From: Macrostomum hystrix
Taxonomy: Eukaryota; Animalia; Platyhelminthes
Assembly (NCBI GenBank): GCA_950097015.1
Contig: CATNEN010000038.1
Coordinates: 16,120,001 to 16,184,000 of the forward strand
Direction: 5' to 3'
DNA length: 64,000 nucleotides
The position numbers and the translations under genes are program-made. Under the pieces are notes generated by a model. It did no database searches. It saw only the letters and a list, made by a program, of their open reading frames with translations, and was not told the origin of the DNA. Positions 25,866-37,695 of this stretch are shown here, piece after piece (positions within the stretch are counted from its first letter, which is position 1; every line of letters begins with the position of its first letter).

Positions 25866-27422
25866 ATGGCTTCCAAGCGGCCGAATATTCTAATCACCGG
25901 CACACCCGGAACCGGGAAAACGACCCTGTGCCAGGAGCTGGCTAATCGATTGCCTGGCCTGAAACACCTGTGCGTTAGCGAGCTGGCCAATGCTAATAAC
26001 TATTTCGACGGTTGGGACGAAGCCACACAGTGCCACTTCTTAGATGAGGATCGCCTCCTGGACGATCTGGAAGATCGGCTAGCCGATGGTGGCTGCGTTG
26101 TTGACTATCACAGCGCCGAGTTGTTTCCAGAGCGCTGGTTTCGGGCGGTCTTTGTTCTGCGCACCGATAATTCGCTGCTTTATCAACGCTTGAAGGCTAG
26201 GAATTATTCGGAGGAGAAAGTGCAGCAGAATGTGCAGTGCGAGATTTTCCAGGTGAGCACGCTGTGTAAAGCTGGTCAGTCCGTGGACTGGCGGGGCTGC
26301 CACGTCTGCAAAAGTTTCTAACCCAGCTGATGCTTTTACCTAATTCTCAACTGCAGTTAGTTTGGAAGTAAATTTGTTGGTGAAGGACACAAATTGTCTC
26401 CCTTTGTCTCCCTACTATATGTAGATTGCGCTATGTACTTTGTACTATGTACTTTGTACTATGTACTTTGTACTATGTACTTTGTACTATGTACTTTGTA
26501 CTATGTAATTTGTACTATGTACTTTGTACTATGTACTTTGTACTATGTACTTTGTACTATGTAATTTGTACTATGTACTTTGTACTATTTACTTTGTACT
26601 ATGTACTTTGTACTATGTACTTTGTACTATTTACTTTGTACTATGTAATTTGTACTATGTACTTTGTACTATTTACTTTGTACTATGTACTTTGTACTAT
26701 GTACTTTGTACTATGTACTTTGTACTATGTACTTTGTACTATGTACTTTGTACTATGTACTTTGTACTATGGACTTTCTACTATGTACTTTCTACTATGT
26801 ACTTTGTACTATGTAATTTGTACTATGTACTTTGTACTATTTACTTTGTACTATGTACTTTGTACTATGTACTTTGTACTATGTACTTTGTACTATGTAC
26901 TTTGTACTATGTACTTTGTACTATGTACTTTGTACTATGTACTTTGTACTATGGACTTTCTACTATGTACTTTCTACTATGTACTTTGTACTATGTACTA
27001 TGTACTTTGTACTTTGTACTTTGTACTAAGTACTTTGTACTATGTACTATGTACTTTGTACTTTGTACTTTGTACTATGTATTTTGTACTATGTACTTTG
27101 TACTATGTACTTTGAACTAAGTATAAGTACACTACGTTCTTTTATATAAGTTTATGTAAATTTGAGAATTGAACCCCCGACCTATCGGCTATGAGTCCAA
27201 ATAGGCTCAAACCCTCCCCCTCCCAAAATCTTTCCCTCAATTTTGGATTTCCTAGCATTGCAATCGAAACCGTTCTCTTCGCATCATTCTCAGACTCTTC
27301 TAGAAGAAGCTCGCGAAGCCTACAAGCCGGAAATTGTAAACGAATTAGCCAGCAATGGACCTGAAGATTTGGAAAACAATATAAGCATTGTGCAGGACTG
27401 GCTTTATAAGAATGGCTGGTAG
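25866..27422 (+). CDS. AK6: Adenylate kinase 6 (CINAP/Fap7); exons 25866-26252, 27294-27422
   Basis: PNILITGTPGTGKTT P-loop, VVDYH, FPERWF, RNYSEEKVQQNVQCEIFQ|TLLEEAREAY. Confidence 0.97.
26430..27115. repeat. 14-bp minisatellite in the AK6 intron
   Basis: Unit TACTATGTACTTTG. Confidence 0.95.
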
Positions 27423-27839
27423 TCGCCTACAGGCGATTGTAACTCGGTTTATGGAAGGCTTAATTGAACCTCGTGTGTTTTACAAAAAATCAATAACAAT
27501 GCGAAATTTGTCATTTAATTGCGCGAACATCATTGAGAGATGAAATTTAAGTCTTTAAAATATTGAAACTGTATAATATAATCATGTGCATTTGATCGAT
27601 GTGAGGTTATATTTCTCTGTGCATTAATATAAATTAAAAAAATAAAACGAATATTATTTCATGTATGGAAGAACTTCTCTTATTATTTAACACTTCATTT
27701 ACTTTTTAAATTGCTAGCTAACAGCATTTTTACACAAATTTTTCTAGAGCTTAGACTGATTAATGATAATTGGCCTCTATCTGTCAATCAGGCAGTCTCA
27801 GTTTATGTCTGTCCGTTTAGATTCCTGTTGTTTCAAAGA

Positions 27840-28410
27840 CATTTGTGTCCATCAGTCTATATTAGTGTCCATCAGTTCAGATCTGTGTCCATGGGTCTAT
27901 ATTAGTGTCCATCAGTTCAGATCTGTGTCCATGGGTCTATATTAGTGTCCATCAGTTCAGATCTGTGTCCATGGGTCTATATTAGTTTCCATCAGTTCAG
28001 ATCTGTGTCCATGGGTCTATATTAGTGTTCATTAGTTTAGATTTGTGTCCGTCAGTTTAGATTTGTGTCCATCCGTTTAGATTTGTGTCCATCAGTTTAG
28101 ATTTGTGTCCACCGGTCTAGATTTGGGTCCACTGGTCTAGATCTGTGTCCATCAGTTTAGATTTGTGTCCATCAGTTTAGATTTGTGTCCACCGGTCTAG
28201 TTTTGGGTCCACTGGTCTAGATTTGGGTCCATCGGTCTAGATTTGTGTCCATCAGTTTAGATTTGTGTCCACCGGTCTAGATTTGGGTCCACTGGTCTAG
28301 ATTTGTGTCCACCGGTCTAGATTTGGGTCCACTGGTCTAGATTTGGGCCCACCGGTCTAGATTTGTGTCCATCCGTTTAGATTTGTGTCCATCAGTTTAG
28401 ATTTGTGTCC
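27840..28410. repeat. 40-bp then 20-bp minisatellite in the AK6-VPS72 spacer
   Basis: ATTAGTGTCCATCAGTTCAGATCTGTGTCCATGGGTCTAT, then ATTTGTGTCCATCAGTTTAG variants. Confidence 0.93.
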
Positions 28411-28471
28411 TGACCCAATCAATTGCCAATGTCTTTCTATTGCAGCGAATCCGCTCTCCGCCCAGTCGACA

Positions 28472-30165
28472 ATGTCCCGCCGACAGCAGCCAGACGAAGC
28501 TTCAGCCGCCAAATTCGGTCAGGACGACTCGGAGGTCGATCAGGCGGCAGATGTCGAAGATGCGGTTGACGGCGAGCTCGAAGAAGACACTGGGGACGTT
28601 AGGGATAACAAAGATGCAGATGGCGGTGATGAGGATAACGGCAGTGACAATGAAGACGGCGATGGATCCGACTCAGCGAAGGAGGAACACGATGACGACG
28701 AAGAGGACGACGACGACGACGACGATGAAGAGGCTGCAACGCCGCCTCCGACGCTGGCTGCTACGCGAGAGCGTCGAGCGAAAGCCGGCAGTAAGATGGC
28801 CCGCCTGCTGAACGAGCTAGACGGCGGCGCTGGCGGGCATCAGCAGCTTCGACAAGCGTCCGCCGATGGCGACGATTTTTACGACACTGTCTATGGTGGC
28901 TTCGCCGAGACCGCCAGCGACATCGACTACGAGGAGGAAAGCTCTGAGTCTGACCATGTCGACTCCGACTTCGACATTGGCGCCGGCGACGGCGACGGTG
29001 GCAATGACGAAAACGACGAAGGCGAAGGCGGCGGTGATGACGAAGACGACGACAAGCGTCGTCAGCGAGCGGGACAGCAGCGACGCCGCGTGGTGACCAA
29101 GGCCTATCGCGAGCCAGTGCGAGGTCCCGCACCGCCGCCAGCAAAGCGCGGACGAAAGTCGGCTGCTGCTATTGCGGCGGCGGAAGCGGCTCCGTCGTCT
29201 TTGGCTGTTACGCGACGCGGTCGCCGAGCAGCCGCAACAGCTTCGGCGGCGATGTCGACGACGCCGACCCGGGCGATGGTCGCTGCGCGGGAGCGTCGCG
29301 CGCGCGAAAGCCGCGCCGCCGCCGTTGCCTCTGTGGCCGCCACCACCGCGTTTGCCGCCGCCGGTCGAAGGCCTCGCGGCGGCCTTAGCAACCAGTCGTC
29401 GACGACTCGCGCATCTGGCGCCGCGGCGCCGGCTGGTCGTCGTAAATCTGGCGCCGCCGCGGCAAGTCTTCGCCGCCTGACCCAGGAGGAGCTGCTGGCA
29501 GAGGCGCAGCTGACGGAGCAGATCAACCTGCGGTCGCTGGCCCGCTACCAGCGACTGGAGGTGGAGAAGAAGAAGGCCCGCTCCAGGCAGCCGGTGAACA
29601 GGGGACCCACTGTGCGATTCGATTCCTACACAACGCGCCTGCTAGACGATGACGCGGTGCCAGTTGAGGTGAGGCTTGTGCCATGAGCGTTATGGAGTTG
29701 TAGCCTAGTGGTTAGAGTGTCGGACAGGTCGACTTTAATCGAATGTCGAATGTCGAAAGTCGAGGGTTCGATTTTGTAATGTTGGCTCTAGTAACTTCTG
29801 TTAACTTCCCCATTCAGGTAACCGAGGTGAATACGGCCACAGGCGATGCAGTGCCAAAGGCCACTCTGGTGCTGGAGCCGCTCGATGCAGCCAGCCGCAG
29901 GTGCACCAGAAATTTTGTGTCATTCACTCACCAGGAGACCCTGGCAGCCGGACTGGCACTGAACAAGCGGCCACCGATGAGAAATCCATTCTGTCCAATT
30001 AGCAACCAGCCGGCCAGGTATTTTGATCCGCTGACTCAGACACCCTATCGGGATGCCAGATCGTTTCGCGTACTGAGAACCCTGTACGCAATGCACCACG
30101 CTACTGGAATTCGACCCGCTGTGCTGCTTAAACAGTACATTCAGGGAGAGCTCATTGTGCCCTAA
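28472..30165 (+). CDS. VPS72: VPS72/YL1 H2A.Z chaperone; exons 28472-29668, 29818-30165
   Basis: RERRAKAGSKMARLL, FYDTVYGGFAE, VDSDFD, VVTKAYREP, LTQEELLAEA..TEQINLRSL, and YL1-C CPISNQPARYFDPLTQTPY. Confidence 0.97.
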
Positions 30166-31141
30166 TTATATACTCCAATTGAACTACTTACAATAGTCAC
30201 CTGTGTAATTTCTAATAATATTGTATTCTGAACAGCATTTATTAATTCTGTAATTCTGTAAAGAAATTATGTAATTTCTTTATAATACACGATGTTAAAA
30301 AAACTAAATGTAAACATTAACTCAGTCGCAATTCGGTGATGGGTGTGTGGTGATACTTGTGGTGATGTAGAGTTGTCTTGCTGATTCTTTTAATAGATGA
30401 CCTCGTTGGGCTAAATTGACAGCTAGCGTCACACCTGTCCATGGACTGTAGGGCCGTGTTTTTAAGACGGTTTTTGACGCGTTCGACCCGAGCTGGTATC
30501 CTTAGTACCCTTAGCGCATTCGCTACCTATTGAAACCCATTTTAAAGCAATACATCTGGGTTAAGGCACTCAAAGGCAATCAATTGTTTAAAAATATCTG
30601 AATTTGTGGTTTTTATAATTTTATCTGTAGCGATTTAATGCAATTAGCAAATACACTTAGTATTTTTCCATAGTTCATATATATATACACTAGAATATAT
30701 ATTTAACGCTCGTGACGCTCAAAAAACAGAATAATTAGAGAATTATTATTACTTATATTACACTATTATAAGTAGTAGTTTGTCTTGTAACAACTTGTAA
30801 CTTGGAGCAACAAGAAACTAAAAAATGTTCTCAAATGCAGATGCGTTGTAGATTTTTATGTAGGAAATGGAAAGAGGAAATAAAGGCTAATTATGGGAAT
30901 ATTATCGGCCACCAGTAACAGTAATCGATCTTAATTTGAAGATATAAAAATATTTAATTTTCAAAGAGTAAAACAGTTGCTAAAGTGCATTACGTACTTT
31001 ATTTACATAAAATAACCGCTCGAGTAGCACAATGAAAGGGTAAAATTTCAAAGATCAGCTGTTAGTCAGCTAAGCTGTCAGCTGAGCATGTTAATAAAAC
31101 TTTACAGTTCTACTGATAGTAGTTTATACATAAAACAGCAT

Positions 31142-33281
31142 TTAATGCCGAATTCGGTGCGTGGAAGTTGGACCTGCATGAGCGGCGGCCTGCTCTAGCC
31201 GAAGCAGCCCAGCAGCCAGTCTGGCATTCCGCTCCATCAGGTAGGCAATTAGTAGAGCTTGTCTAGCCGCTCGGCGTTCCCGACGCTTGCAATCTGCACC
31301 GTTGCTATGGAAACAACTGATGAAGCAGCAACAATTTGAAGGCTGACCCGCACTACGCCTATCCGATGGAGACGTTGCTGCCGAAACAACTAGCCGCGAT
31401 CTCATTGTACCGGCCTCGAATTGACAATCGATGTCATCGAATTCCTCCGTCTCAGAGTCATCGTCGACTTCGGCGAGCTCGGCGTCCGGCCGTCGGGCCG
31501 AGAAACGGCTGCCCCACAGTCGCAGGCGGACAAACACACAGAGGCTGGCGCAGAGGCAAACAGCGGTTTGCAGGCCGAATGCGCCGACGGTGACAAAGCG
31601 CAAAATGGTCACGCATGGCCTCTTTACACCGTCTCTGACTGAGTCAGCTTCAATGACGGGATCGGCGTACATTGACTGGGTAGTTAGCGAGGCCGCCAAG
31701 ATCACGGAGGAGGCTGCAATGTTGAGGTGGAATATCTAATATTTCAAACGACTCCATAGCAAAAGAGAATAGTGATAATGAGATAAAAAGTTAAACTTTT
31801 GTGCGAGTCGACAAAAAAGGTGAAATTTTGAGGGGACGACTCAATAGGGTGAGATTTTGAGAGAGACGACTAAATATGTGAGATTTTGAGAGAGACGACT
31901 AAATATGTGAGATTTTAAGAGAGAGACGACTTAAACGGGTGAGATTTAGAGAGAGACGACTCAATAGGGTGAGGTTTTGAGAGAGACGACTCAATAGAAT
32001 GAGATTTTAAGAGAGAGACGACTTAATAGGGTGAGATATACTCTATGACTAAAAAGGGCTCATAATAGTAATGAATAAACTCACACAAAGCTAACAGATA
32101 GAATGGCAGTCTAATGACTGGCTCGCAGGCCAGGTAGAGATTCAAATAGCCATCCACCAGCTTTCGTCCGCAGTACCAGGCGTAGCAGCGATCAACAGAC
32201 AGGAGCGCCAGGAACTGAAGGCATTGCACTACAGCTGAATAGGCTAGTAAGCTGGAGCCGCTGCACAGTTTTCGCAACTGCTGCTGCTGCTGCTGCTGCG
32301 TATCGTTGACATCAACTAGGCGAATGTGCAGCGACTGCACGATTGCCGGACAAGTGAACGGCAGCCAGAAGTGAATTGAGGCTAGGGCCACCTGCGAATT
32401 GCATAGGAAGAAAAGCTAGATTGAAGACAGTGGTCCGGGGATAGGAAGAAAGGGGGCAGTTAGACAGGGTGGAAAGAAGGGGGTAGATGGAGTGGGGTAG
32501 GAAGAAAGTGGCAGATGGAGTGGGGTAGAAAGAAAGTGGCAGATGGAGTGGGGTAGGAAGAAAGGGGCAGATGGAGTGGGGTAGGAAGAAAGGGGCAGAT
32601 GGAGTGGGGTAGGAAGAAAGGGGCAGATGGAGTGGGGTAGAAAGAAAGTGGCAGATGGAGTGGGGTAGGAAGAAAGGGGCAGATGGAGTGGGGTAGGAAG
32701 AAAGGGGCAGATGGAGTGGGGTAGGAAGAAAGGGGCAGATGGAGTGGGGTAGGAAGAAAGGGGCAGATGGAGTGGGGTAGGAAGAAAGGGGCAGATGGAG
32801 TGGGGTAGGAAGAAAGGGGCAGATGGAGTGGGGTGGGGAAAAGGGGCAGATAAAAAGGGGTAGGAAGAAAGGGGGAAGAAAGGGGCAGACGCAAGAGGTA
32901 GAAATACATTATCGTAAAAAATGGGTTGAAGAAAGAGAACTAAAAATGAGGGTGCTAAAAGCGGAATTAAAAACGAAATTTAAGATTAAGAAAGGGTAAA
33001 AGCGGATGATGATAAAAAATAAACAATGGAAAACGAATCGGATCACTTACAAACAAAAACAAGCCGCTGATCGTCACTGCGGAGCAAACGCGTTCTAATT
33101 TTCTATTAGAAACACGGCATACGAGACCGCAACAGCAGCAGCAGCGGGTACCACTATCACCACTAGATTCAGATGGAAAGAAATCTAGAGCGTAGTTGTA
33201 CTCATCAGTTCTAGGAGCTGCCGCTAAGCTGACACCGTCAACTGTGTCCCAGCGGTCGCATTGGATCTGCCTCAGAGAAGA
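31142..33281 (-). CDS. TMEM192: TMEM192 (lysosomal membrane protein); exons 33281-33051, 32391-32085, 31713-31142; no genomic start codon
   Basis: VDRCYAWY..GYLNLY..RLP, RF..RPD and ARQALLIAYLMERNARLA match TMEM192. Exons of 231+307+572 nt form one open frame. The frame opens at acceptor TTTTCAG|TCT with no ATG. Confidence 0.85.
31830..32037. repeat. ~30-bp minisatellite in TMEM192 intron 2
   Basis: GGGTGAGATTTTGAGAGAGACGACTCAATA variants. Confidence 0.9.
32450..32890. repeat. 28-bp G-rich purine minisatellite in TMEM192 intron 1
   Basis: Unit AAAGGGGCAGATGGAGTGGGGTAGGAAG. Confidence 0.95.
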
Positions 33282-33369
33282 CTGAAAATCATATTTTAGT
33301 ATTAGAATGTTGGATATAACCTGCTTAAAGTGACGCCTTCTTTAGCGAAGGTAATTAAAACACAGAAGG

Positions 33370-33920
33370 CAGATGGACGCTCAGAGATTGTGATGGACAC
33401 CCAGGGAGGGTGATGGACACTCAGGTAGTGTGATTGACAAGCTCAAGAAATGTGATAAACACTCAGAGAGGGCCATAGACACTCAGGAATGGTAATGGAC
33501 ACCCAGGGAGGGTGATGGACACTTAGAGAGTGTGATAGACAAGCTCACGAAAGGTGATAGACAACCAGGGAGGGAAAAAGACACTCAGGGATGGTGATGG
33601 ACACTCAGTGAGGGTAATAGACACTCAGGGATGGTGATGGACACTCAGTGAGGGTCATAGACACTCAGGAATGGTGATGGACACTCAGTGAGGGTCATAG
33701 ACACTCAGGAATGGTGATGGACACTCAGTGAGGGTCATAGACACTCAGGGAGGGTGATGGACACTCAGTGAGGGTCATAGACACTCAGAGAGGGTGATAG
33801 ACACTCAGGGATGGTGATAGACACTCAGAGAGGGTGATAGACACTCAGAGAGGGTGATAGACACTCAGGGAGGGTGATAGACATTTAAGGAGTTTGATAG
33901 GGAACCAGGGAGGGTGATTT
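33370..33920. repeat. 20-bp minisatellite in the UTP11-TMEM192 spacer
   Basis: ACACTCAGGGAGGGTGATAG variants; same family as 34690-36115. Confidence 0.93.
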
Positions 33921-34109
33921 TGGTAAAAATTTTCAAGATAACTAACAAAAGCTTTGAAATGAGGCACTAATACTATTGAAGGTAGAGCTTATTGAAGTTA
34001 AAAAGGAAAAACCGCAGAGAATAATAATTCATAACAGCAGCGTACTAGTTCAGTTGTGAGTTACATTGAATGCAAATTCATTTAAATCAATAACACTGAA
34101 TTAGATTGG

Positions 34110-36429
34110 TCATCGTTTTCGTTTGAAAGCAAACTTCCAAACTGCCGGCTGATCACCGTCGGCCTCCGCCACCAGCTTACGCGGCCGGCCAACTTCGGCA
34201 GCCAGATTGCGCTTAGACTCGAGTGCGGCCAGAGCCGAGGACAGGGCGGCAGCGCGAGCCAGCCGCTGCCTGGAAGCTTTAAGACTGCGGGCTCGCTCTT
34301 TGGCTAGCCGGACAATGTCCGCCTCGGACAGGTTGGCCAGGTGAGATGACCAGGCACCTTTGGCGGCATCGGCAGCTGACGATGATTCAGACTTAGATAG
34401 TCGGCGAAAATCGCTGCGGCTGAACACTACTGTGCTGCGGCTTTCGCCTCCGTCAGCGTCAGCAGCAGTCTCGCCGACGAAGGCTAGGCAGGCCTCGAGT
34501 TTGGCTAATTGGGCTCGCTCAATTTGCAGCTTGTGGCGCAGATAATTGGCGTCTTCAAGAAGCATCTGTCGCATGCGCTTGTTATCAGCAGTTGGCTGCT
34601 TGCCTGTGGGGATGGTTCACAATAAGAAACTCAGGAAGGCAAAAATCTAATAATTATTATTGAAGACTTGGTGACTGTATTAAAATCTGTACTCAGGGAG
34701 GGTTTTAGACACTCAGGGAGGGTGAGAGAGAGACACTTGGGGAGTGATAGAAACTCAGGGAGGGTGAGAGACACTCAGGGAGGGTGATAGACACTCAGGG
34801 AGGGTTAGAGACACTCAGGGAGGGTGAGAGACACTCAGGGAGGGTGAGAGACACTCAGGGAGGGTGAGAGACACTCAGGGAGGGTGAGAGACACTCAGGG
34901 AGGGTGAGAGACACTCAGGGAGGGTGAGAGACACTCAGGGAGGGTGAGAGACACTCAGGGAGGGTGAGAGACACTCAGAGAAGGTGATAGACACTCAGTG
35001 AGGGTGAGAGACACTCAGTGAGGGTGAGAGACACTCAGGGAGGGTGAGAGACACTCAGGGAGGGTGAGAGACACTCAGAGAAGGTGATAGACACTCAGGG
35101 AGGGTGATAGACACTCAGAGAAGGTGATAGACACTTAGGGAGGGTGAGAGACACTCAGGGAGGGTGATAGACACTCAGAGAAGGTGATAGACACTTAGGG
35201 AGGGTGATGGACACTCAGGGAGGGTGATGAACACTCAGTGAGGGTGAGAGACACTCAGGGAGGATGAGAGACACTCAGGGAGGGTGATAGACACTCAGAG
35301 AAGGTGATAGACACTTAGGGAGGGTGATGGACACTCAGGGAGGGTGATGAACACTCAGTGAGGGTGAGAGACACTCAGGGAGGGTGAGAGACACTCAGGG
35401 AGGGTGAGAGACACTCAGGGAGGGTGAGAGACACTCAGGGAGGGTGAGAGACACTCAGAGAAGGTGATAGACACTCAGGGAGGGTGATAGACACTCAGAG
35501 AAGGTGATAGACACTCAGGGAGGGTGATAGACACTCAGGGAGGGTGAGAGACACTCAGGGAGGGTGAGAGACACTCAGGGAGGGTGAGAGACACTCAGGG
35601 AGGGTGAGAGACACTCAGGGAGGGTGAGAGACACTCAGAGAAGGTGATAGACACTCAGGGAGGGTGATAGACACTCAGAGAAGGTGATAGACACTTAGGG
35701 AGGGTGAGAAACACTCTGTGAGGGCGATAGACACTCAGTGAGGGTGAGAGACACTCAGGGAGGGTGAGAGACACTCAGGGAGGGTGAGAGACACTCAGGG
35801 AGGGTGAGAAACACTCTGTGAGGGCGATAGACACTCAGTGAGGGTGAGAGACGCTCAGGGAGGGTGAGAGACACTCAGGGAGGGTGATAGACACTCAGGG
35901 AGGGTGAGAGACACTCAGGGAGGGTGAGAGACACTCAGGGAGGGTGAGAGACACTCAGGGAGGGTGAGAGACACTCAGGGAGGGTGATAGACACTCAGAG
36001 AAGGTGATAGACACTTAGGGAGGGTGATGGACACTCAGGGAGGGTGATGAACACTTAGAGATGGTGTTAGAAACTCATGCATGGTAATATACACTCAGGG
36101 AGGGTAATAGACACACAGTACGAAGTATGCTAGTAATTCAATTTGTAACTAACTCACTCACCCGGGGCCACAGGCACAGACTCCGAGTGCTGGCCATCAA
36201 CCAGCTGCGATCTGGTCATGTGAAAGTAGAACTCGTCTGGATTTCGCTCTCTGGCCTTCTGGCGTAAAGATTTCAAAGTCGATGTCTTCTTCTGATAGTC
36301 CTTAGCCCGGACCACGTAGTCCTTGTGCTTCTCTAGCTGGCCCAGGTGCGACCGCTTGCCCGGCTGTTGGCGCTCCCTATAATGGCGCCGGTCGCGCTTG
36401 CTGCTCTTCTTGAGAGAAGAGAATGGCAT
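34110..36429 (-). CDS. UTP11: U3 snoRNP-associated protein 11; exons 36429-36162, 34603-34110
   Basis: [39 protein letters not shown]-terminal [10 protein letters not shown]; phase-1 GT-AG join. Confidence 0.97.
34690..36115. repeat. 20-bp minisatellite filling the UTP11 intron
   Basis: ACACTCAGGGAGGGTGAGAG, about 70 copies. Confidence 0.97.
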
Positions 36430-36479
36430 CCCAATTGCTGCAATATTGTGAAACTTGTAAGCTTAAACTATGACGCAAC

Positions 36480-37250
36480 CATCACTCTTATCTGGGTCTG
36501 TCACTTTTATCTGAATCTGTCACTCTTATCTGGACCTGCCACTCTTATCTGGACCTGTCACTCTTATCTGGATCTGGCACTCTTATCTGGACCTGTCACT
36601 CTTATCTGGACTTGTCCCTTTTATCTGGACCTGTCACTCTTATCTGGATCTGGCACTCTTATCTGGACCTGTCACTCTTATCTGGACTTGTCCCTTTTAT
36701 CTGGACCTGTCACTCTTACCTGGATCTGGCACTCTTATCTGGATCTGGCACTCTTATCTAGACCTGTAACTCTTATCTGGATCTGCACTCTTATCTGGAC
36801 CTGTCACTCTTATCTGGATCTGCACTCTTATCTGGACCTGGCACTCTTATCTGGACTTGTCCCTTTTATCTGGATCTGCACTCTTATCTGGACCTGTCAC
36901 TCTTATCTGGACCTGGCACTCTTATCTGGACATGTCACTCTTATCTGGACTTGTCCCTTTTATCTGGATCTGGCACTCTTATCTGGACTTGTCCCTTTTA
37001 TCTGGATCTGGCACTCTTATCTGGACCTGGCACTCTTATCTGGACCTGTCACTCTTATCTGGACTTGTCCCTTTTATCTGGATCTGGCACTCTTATCTGG
37101 ACTTGTCCCTTTTATCTGGATCTGGCACTCTTATCTGGACCTGTCACTCTTATCTGGACCTGGCACTCTTATCTGGACCTGGCACTCTTATCTGGACTTG
37201 TCCCTTTTATCTGGATCAAGATGATTCTGATCTTTATCTGTCACTCTTAT
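36480..37250. repeat. 19-bp minisatellite in the RPL38-UTP11 spacer
   Basis: CACTCTTATCTGGACCTGT variants. Confidence 0.95.
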
Positions 37251-37482
37251 CTAGATCTCTTATTGTTATCTCAATTTGGCACTATAATTTTACAATAATG
37301 AAGTCACTCTATTAAAAAATCTAAGAAGCATGACAAACTGATTTGTTCCATCAATCAATCAACAGTCGGTATGGCCTGCAGAAACAATATGTATTTGAAT
37401 GGCACGACATAGGTCGGCTCTTTTAAGCAATTCTAACAACAACTGAAGTTGGCTAGAATCGCAGCATACTGAAGTATTTCAT

Positions 37483-37695
37483 TCACTTCAACTCCTTAAT
37501 AGCCAGGCCAGGCGGTAGGCTCTGCTTTAGCTTGTCTGCCTTGTCTTTGTCTGTGATGACCAGAGTGTAAAGAAATCTGGAGCAGCGAACCTTGAACTTA
37601 ATGTTGCTCTTGTTGGTCTTTATCTTCACTGATTTGGCGTCCTTACGCCTGGCTGTGAGCAGGAAGTCTTTGATCTCTTTAATTTCGCGGGGCAT
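37483..37695 (-). CDS. RPL38: 60S ribosomal protein L38, intronless CDS
   Basis: [49 protein letters not shown]; intact 70 aa. Confidence 0.99.
   Translation of the reverse strand: MPREIKEIKDFLLTARRKDAKSVKIKTNKSNIKFKVRCSRFLYTLVITDKDKADKLKQSLPPGLAIKELK

Noticed and set aside
31301-31314. Perfect RFX X-box GTTGCTATGGAAAC (another near 48393)
   Set aside because: Both lie inside coding exons, far from the ciliary genes' 5' ends; there is no evidence of function.
37483-37695. RPL38 as a processed pseudogene because the CDS is intronless
   Set aside because: The ORF is intact and conserved, with an upstream acceptor and no poly(A) tract or TSD.
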